DNA of 64,000 nt, taken from assembly GCA_964234715.1 (NCBI GenBank), contig OZ174286.1; one strand, 5' to 3'. This DNA comes from Podarcis melisellensis (taxonomy: Eukaryota). The notes below the pieces were generated by a model that saw only the letters and a program-made list of their open reading frames with translations, was not told the DNA's origin and searched no databases. How positions within the stretch are numbered: the stretch's first letter is position 1; every line of letters begins with the position of its first letter. A program made the translations under genes and the position numbers. Positions 62,967-64,000 of the stretch are shown here, piece by piece.

Positions 62967-64000
62967 TAGAGAGGGATCTGCGTGATGCCATTTCCTCAAA
63001 GGAGCATATTTTACTTCCCATTCCTCTCAGTGTTCAAAATTCCAGACGCTCCAAGTGTCTCTATTTTCCAGGGACGCCCCTGATTTATAGAAGCCGTCCG
63101 GGTTTCTGATTTGATCCCGGAATGTCACGCTTTTTCTTATGATGTCCCTATTTTCATAGGAGAAATGTTGGAAGGTATGGAGTTATCTGACTCCTGAGCC
63201 GTCTGAAGGCAATCCGGTATAGGGAAGGTTTTTTAATGTTTAATTATGTTATTGTATATGTTGGAAGCTGCCCAGAGTGGCTGGGTCAACCCAGTAAGAT
63301 GTGTGGGATATAAATAATAAAATTACCATTATGGAATGGGATGTCCCTATTTTCATTGGAGAAATGTTGGAGGGTATGAAATACTCCAGGTGTGTTTTGC
63401 GACTGTGAATGGTCCACTTGCAACCAAATGGAGATGTCCTGTTGCCTGACATCTCCACCATTTGGCTGGTTTGCAGGAAAGTTTTCTGTTTCCATGCCAC
63501 CAGCACAGCAGCAAAATTGGTGAGAGGCAGCGCCTCTCTCCTGGGGGAAGCTTCTTTGATAAGATTTTGGGCCTAGGTAGGGCTCTGCAGTATTGAAATG
63601 AATAATAATAATAAAATTCATTGCAAAAAATAATTCCAACTAGACATTCCATTGTGGTGACACAAATTGCCAGTTGACAAACCAGCTGTTACATTCGGGA
63701 AAGTGAGACCATATCTCAAGTGTTGCTTAAACTTCATTTAGAAAACCTTGCACACACAGAGACACCATGTATTCTGTGGTAGTCTACTAGAATGTATATC
63801 CCCAAATTCACAAAGAATAAAACTTCAACAAAAGTTTTTATTTCCCCTATCATCATTTCAGATACAATACCTGCTTTAGTTAGCATCTATATTTGTTTTT
63901 AAAGTGATAATTTACTTTTTCGGGCATAATATCTGTGCATAGTATAGTACCTCAATAACAACAACTCATCTTTCTAGCAAAAACCTGCTCATGTCTATGG

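Overview
Eukaryotic DNA from a squamate reptile. The Sauria-SINE subtype and Bov-B/CR1 content point to a lizard, probably a lacertid (inference). The window holds one complete gene, GOLGA4 (golgin-245/p230, a GRIP-domain trans-Golgi golgin), on the minus strand. It runs from a CpG-island promoter (~61.2-61.95 kb) through 26 reconstructed GT-AG exons, including a 4193-nt coiled-coil exon and a 21-nt microexon, to two alternative C-termini (FTSPRSGIF* and SWLRSST*) and a 3'UTR ending near 8.8 kb. All exon phases join into one ORF of about 2280 aa. Introns and flanks carry 12 Sauria SINE copies or fragments, Tc1/mariner-type and hAT-type MITEs, two solo LTRs, Bov-B/RTE/CR1/L2 fragments, a tRNA-Lys-derived SINE and Penelope-like remnants. 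The most unusual signal is a ~700-bp CpG-rich insert in the intron between exons 19 and 20 (~21270-21970). Its decayed minus-strand frame resembles, by eye, the C-terminal half of a paramyxovirus-like matrix (M) protein, so it is a candidate endogenous RNA-virus element that needs a profile search to confirm. There are no prokaryotic systems or CRISPR arrays.
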